This document shows, in pieces, positions 60,784-64,000 of a DNA stretch of 64,000 nt. Numbering within the stretch: position 1 is the stretch's first letter; each line of letters starts with the position of its first letter. A program made the translations under genes and the position numbers. Origin of the DNA: an uncultured Planctomycetaceae bacterium (GTDB taxonomy: Bacteria > Planctomycetota > Planctomycetia > Isosphaerales > Isosphaeraceae); contig CAWIAD010000002.1 in the NCBI GenBank assembly GCA_963833985.1, forward strand, positions 5,632,001 through 5,696,000, written 5' to 3'. The notes beneath the pieces are model-generated. The model worked only from the letters and a program-made list of their open reading frames with translations, searched no databases and was not told the DNA's origin.

Positions 60784-61740
60784 CTAGTTGCGTGGAGAAT
60801 ACCAGTCGAGCACGCGCAGGGCGCGAAGCGTATTCCAGCGGCTGGGCTTGCCTTCGCCGTCTTCCATGTCGAAGTGGACCTTCCCCGCGTGGGGGTTCTC
60901 GAGTGGCCATCGCCCGTCCCCGTCCCGCTTCTTCGCCACCAGTTCGATGGCCTCGGCGACGCGCTCGTCAGGCTCGACACCGGCTCTTCCCAGGTAGTCC
61001 AGACCCCAGAGGACGTCGTAGTGCCACCGGGTCGGGAACGACAGGCGGGTCCAGTCGGGATCGATCACCGCTCCGGTAGACCGCGACCGGAACATGCGAC
61101 GTTCCAGGAGGTACTCCTGTCCCCGCAGGCGAGCCTCCGTCACGGCAGTCGCGGGGCCTTTCGCCTTCTCGTAATCCAGTAACCCCTCGAGCACACAGAT
61201 CGTCGAGTGGAACGAGGACCGTTTGCTCTCTGGGGCATCGCAGTTCCAGCCGCCGTCCTCCAGCTGCTCATGGAGCAGACGATGGAGCAGACGATCGCTG
61301 GCCACCCCGAAGTACGCACCTGAGGCAAGAACCCTGCCATTGATACAGGGCTCGACCTCACCCTCGAAGAAGGGCGAATCGCCAAATTCTGGTCCCCACG
61401 TGCATCGGTCGCGAACGAGGCCGATCACCGTCCGGGCTCGCTCACTCGCCGGGTCCAACCCCAGATCCCTCAGCACCATGAGAGTTTCCATGGTGGAGCA
61501 CCAGCTCCGAGGAACGAATGAGCCGCCACCCCAGTGACCGTCTGGTCCCTGTAGGTCGAGGAGCCGCGAGCCCCAACCCTCGAAGGCCACCCGAGACCGC
61601 TCGGGGGCAACGTCCTCCGGCCCCGCGTCCGTGAGGTCGCGCAGGACCTGCCAGCGGATCGAAGGATCCGAATCCATGAGCCAGGGGATGACCGTTCCTG
61701 TCGTCTCCGCGACTTCCCCCTCGGTCATTCTGTTCGGCAT
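60784..61740 (-). CDS. Prenyltransferase/squalene cyclase-like alpha-toroid protein
   Basis: WLMDSDPSIRWQV, QGPDGHW, GEVEPCING, QLEDGGWNC, SFHSTICVLEGL, FPTRWHYD, PSRWNTLRALRVL. Confidence 0.8.
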   Translation of the reverse strand: MPNRMTEGEVAETTGTVIPWLMDSDPSIRWQVLRDLTDAGPEDVAPERSRVAFEGWGSRLLDLQGPDGHWGGGSFVPRSWCSTMETLMVLRDLGLDPASERARTVIGLVRDRCTWGPEFGDSPFFEGEVEPCINGRVLASGAYFGVASDRLLHRLLHEQLEDGGWNCDAPESKRSSFHSTICVLEGLLDYEKAKGPATAVTEARLRGQEYLLERRMFRSRSTGAVIDPDWTRLSFPTRWHYDVLWGLDYLGRAGVEPDERVAEAIELVAKKRDGDGRWPLENPHAGKVHFDMEDGEGKPSRWNTLRALRVLDWYSPRN

Positions 61741-61976
61741 ATGCTGTCGCCTCCGAGTTTCAGGTGCACAGAAGTTACTGCCGGCTCCTCCCCGCACACG
61801 ATCGCCTGGCATCGTAAATCAAGGGCCGGGTCGATGGGGGGCGAGTGGGGTGGGGGCAACTGGGCCGGCTCGCTCGGCCCGCAGAGCCACGGCGAACGAA
61901 ATACGGTTCATGGTAATATATAATTTTAAGGCTTCGAATCCTTCCGGCAGCAGGGCGATGAATGGTTCTACTACGG

Positions 61977-62468
61977 TTAGCGCTTGCGGAGCGACATGTC
62001 GAGTTCCTGAATCCTTGGTATCTGGTCCTGAATCTCCTTCGCCTCTGCGACCAGCGAAGCTGCCGCCATAGGTCCCTTATCCAGAGTCAACCCAGCAAGC
62101 GTTGTAGCCAGTCTCGCCCAGTGTATGTTCATTATCACGTCCTTGCTGGACGAGGGATTTGAGATGCGATCGACACCCAATTCCTTTGCGACCTTCGCGC
62201 AGCGAGTGCAGAACTCGACGTATTCGATGACTTCGGGGTCTTCGATCTTAGTTGTGTCGATGCTCTTCAGCACTTCGATCGCGGCATCCCATGTCCCGAC
62301 CCTGGTAGCACCTGTCGCGCGAATGAATGCGGCGTGGTCTGGGCTTGGTTTCTCCCTCTCCACTGAGGGCGGAACAGCCGGCGAAGTCGGGGACGAGTCA
62401 ACTCTCTGCGAACATCCAGTTGAACCGAGCAGAGCAATCCCAATTATGAACAGAGAGTTTATGTGCAT
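61977..62468 (-). CDS. Lipoprotein of unknown function (lower GC)
   Basis: LFIIGIALLGSTGC lipobox; may continue in another frame to ~61820. Confidence 0.65.
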   Translation of the reverse strand: MHINSLFIIGIALLGSTGCSQRVDSSPTSPAVPPSVEREKPSPDHAAFIRATGATRVGTWDAAIEVLKSIDTTKIEDPEVIEYVEFCTRCAKVAKELGVDRISNPSSSKDVIMNIHWARLATTLAGLTLDKGPMAAASLVAEAKEIQDQIPRIQELDMSLRKR

Positions 62469-62700
62469 TGACGCTTGCCCCCAGCTCGAGATGCTTGCCC
62501 GAAGAGCTACCAAACTTGTTCGATTCTAACCACTCACGGTGCAACGTACATGGGCACGCGGGGTTCGCACCCTAAGAAAGACTAAAAACGACATACAATG
62601 CACTGTTGTCCCGCCAGGTGCACTTGGTAGCCCGTGTGCACATTGGGCTACTGGCCGGGGTCGCAGAGAAAACTAAGAACTCGGTCTGCCCCCGTAGATG

Positions 62701-62990
62701 ACCTGGGCGGCTGCCCGGCACGGTGAGGCCGCGGCAAGATGTGCGGCACATATCGATCCCAGATCCTGGTCGGGCTGACGCCCGAGGTTGGCGACTGCGC
62801 CCGTCCGAACCACGCGCTCACGCACGTGGTCACTCACCATGCTCGAGGCAGACAACCTGATCGTTGTGTGAGCGTCGCTACTGCTGTCGAGTGGCTACGG
62901 GCGCTACTGGGCCGGGTCGCCCCGAGTGAACCAATCACCCGGGGCAACTCGACCCGCAGAACGCGTGGCTGAGTGGCCTGTCCTTTCTTT
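62701..62990 (+). mobile_element. RAYT-derived element B (left-truncated)
   Basis: Near-identical to 60462-60740; ends GCCTGTCCTTTCTTT. Confidence 0.8.
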
Positions 62991-63001
62991 GTCCTACTGT
63001 C

Positions 63002-63295
63002 TTACGAGCTTTCCGGTTCATCGGGTATCTGGGCACCGTGCCAGAGAGCGACAATCCAGACCTTGTCGTCTCGAACGCGATAGAAGAATCGGTAAGACTT
63101 GATGTAGACCTCGCGGTAGGGAAGTTCGGGAAACTCCGTGACGGCCGTACCCGAACTGGGGAGGCGAGCCAACCGCTTGAGCGCTCTTGCCGTCTGTTGC
63201 TGGAACTGCCGGGCGGCGGCGCGGTTGTTTCGTCGAATCAGTTCGACGGCGGAGAGAAACTGCGCCCGCGCCAAGGGAGTGAATAAGACCTCCAC
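63002..63295 (-). CDS. RelE/ParE family toxin
   Basis: VLFTPLARAQF..RLPSSG..YREV..YRFFYRV..VWIVALWHG. Confidence 0.9.
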   Translation of the reverse strand: MEVLFTPLARAQFLSAVELIRRNNRAAARQFQQQTARALKRLARLPSSGTAVTEFPELPYREVYIKSYRFFYRVRDDKVWIVALWHGAQIPDEPESS

Positions 63296-63297
63296 GC

Positions 63298-63573
63298 CTA
63301 ACCTTCCGAGACGAGGGCGTCGGCTTCGGCCAGCACTTCCTCGAGGGAGTGGCCACCCCCGGTCGCGATCTCCTTCTCTCCCCTGGCCAGCAAGAGAAGG
63401 AGTTCGCGCTGCGCTTCGGACCGTTCATAGGCGTCGAGACTCATCAGCACGGCCGTCGCACGCCCGCGCTGGGTAATGAACATCGGTTCGTTCGAGTCCT
63501 TCACGTTCTTCAAAACGCGAGCCGCGTCCTGCCTCAGGTCGGACACCGGAACGATCGCGGGAACTCTGGCCAT
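63298..63573 (-). CDS. Phd/YefM family antitoxin
   Basis: IVPVSDLRQDAARVL..PMFITQRGRATAVLMSLDAYE. Confidence 0.9.
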   Translation of the reverse strand: MARVPAIVPVSDLRQDAARVLKNVKDSNEPMFITQRGRATAVLMSLDAYERSEAQRELLLLLARGEKEIATGGGHSLEEVLAEADALVSEG

Positions 63574-63578
63574 CGAAA

Positions 63579-63628
63579 GTACCTCCAAAGGTACATTCAA
63601 TCGTACCACGAACGGTCAATCCCTGCAA
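63579..63628 (-). promoter_or_regulatory. TA promoter with operator palindrome
   Basis: Minus strand TTGCAG-17-TACGAT; GTACCT-CCAA-AGGTAC at 63579-63594. Confidence 0.6.
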
Positions 63629-63774
63629 CCTTCGGGAGGTAGGTATCGCGTCACGGGGACTGGGCCTCGATTCGCCTTGCTCGTTCATCAAAGCCGACGA
63701 TCTGGTGGGACTTCTGGTTCTCCCGGGCACTTCGCCAGAATTCATCCTCCTCGGCGGTCATCTTCAGGGGAGCA

Positions 63775-64000
63775 AGCAGAAGAGGCAGAAGAGAAGAGGT
63801 AGAAGTGGAAGGCAGAAGAGAAAGGCAGAAGAGGACAGGCGTTTGCTCCGCGCGGGCAAGGCGGTGATCTCGGCGAAGCTGGCCGGGATCCTGGATCGAC
63901 TGGGGAGCAACGCGGGGAACTGGCAGGCGCGGCTGCTGAAGCGGGCGGGCAGGCGGCTGCTGGGCCGATTCTTCGCCACGAGCCGAGAACGGCTGCGGGA
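63775..64000 (+). mobile_element. RAYT-derived element C (cut by window end) with stuttered left end
   Basis: Same left end and RAYT remnant as element A, preceded by several degenerate GGCAGAAGA units. Confidence 0.8.

Noticed and set aside
58900..64000. Classical integron
   Set aside because: No tyrosine integrase in the window and no RYYYAAC...GTTRRRY attC sites recognised at cargo boundaries
1..64000. tRNA/rRNA genes including tRNA-Sec
   Set aside because: No cloverleaf or rRNA signatures noticed by eye; a tRNAscan-SE run would be needed to exclude them

Overview
GC-rich 64 kb window with a strongly planctomycete gene repertoire (two DUF1559 prepilin-like genes, PSD1/DUF1549-DUF1553 cytochrome plus DUF1501, ECF sigma with Ser/Thr kinase, BlaI/M56, sulfatase, GH3/GH29). 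No rRNA, tRNA or CRISPR array was seen. About ten otherwise intact genes carry small frameshifts or a stop, nearly all at GCGC, which looks like systematic long-read error rather than decay. Highlights: (1) a 13.3-22.9 kb candidate metal/redox island. On + it has a signal-peptide/Cys/FHPPR leader ORF, a Met-rich DUF1559 protein, an APC permease and an AhpD-like CxxU selenoprotein with a SECIS-like hairpin. It converges on a minus-strand ECF-kinase, membrane protein with a 9-Cys Gly tail, DUF692 (MNIO) and partner cluster. (2) A RAYT/Y1 transposase at 0.5-1.5 kb whose catalytic Tyr codon reads Phe, plus three co-oriented non-autonomous derivatives at 60-64 kb, bounded by GGACAGGC/GCCTGTCC ends with stuttered tails, alternating with cargo genes like a cassette array. 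(3) A near-identical tandem triplication of a Uma2 nuclease gene differing by 0/1/5 heptad (21-bp) units. All product calls come from recognising motifs by eye; no database searches were run.
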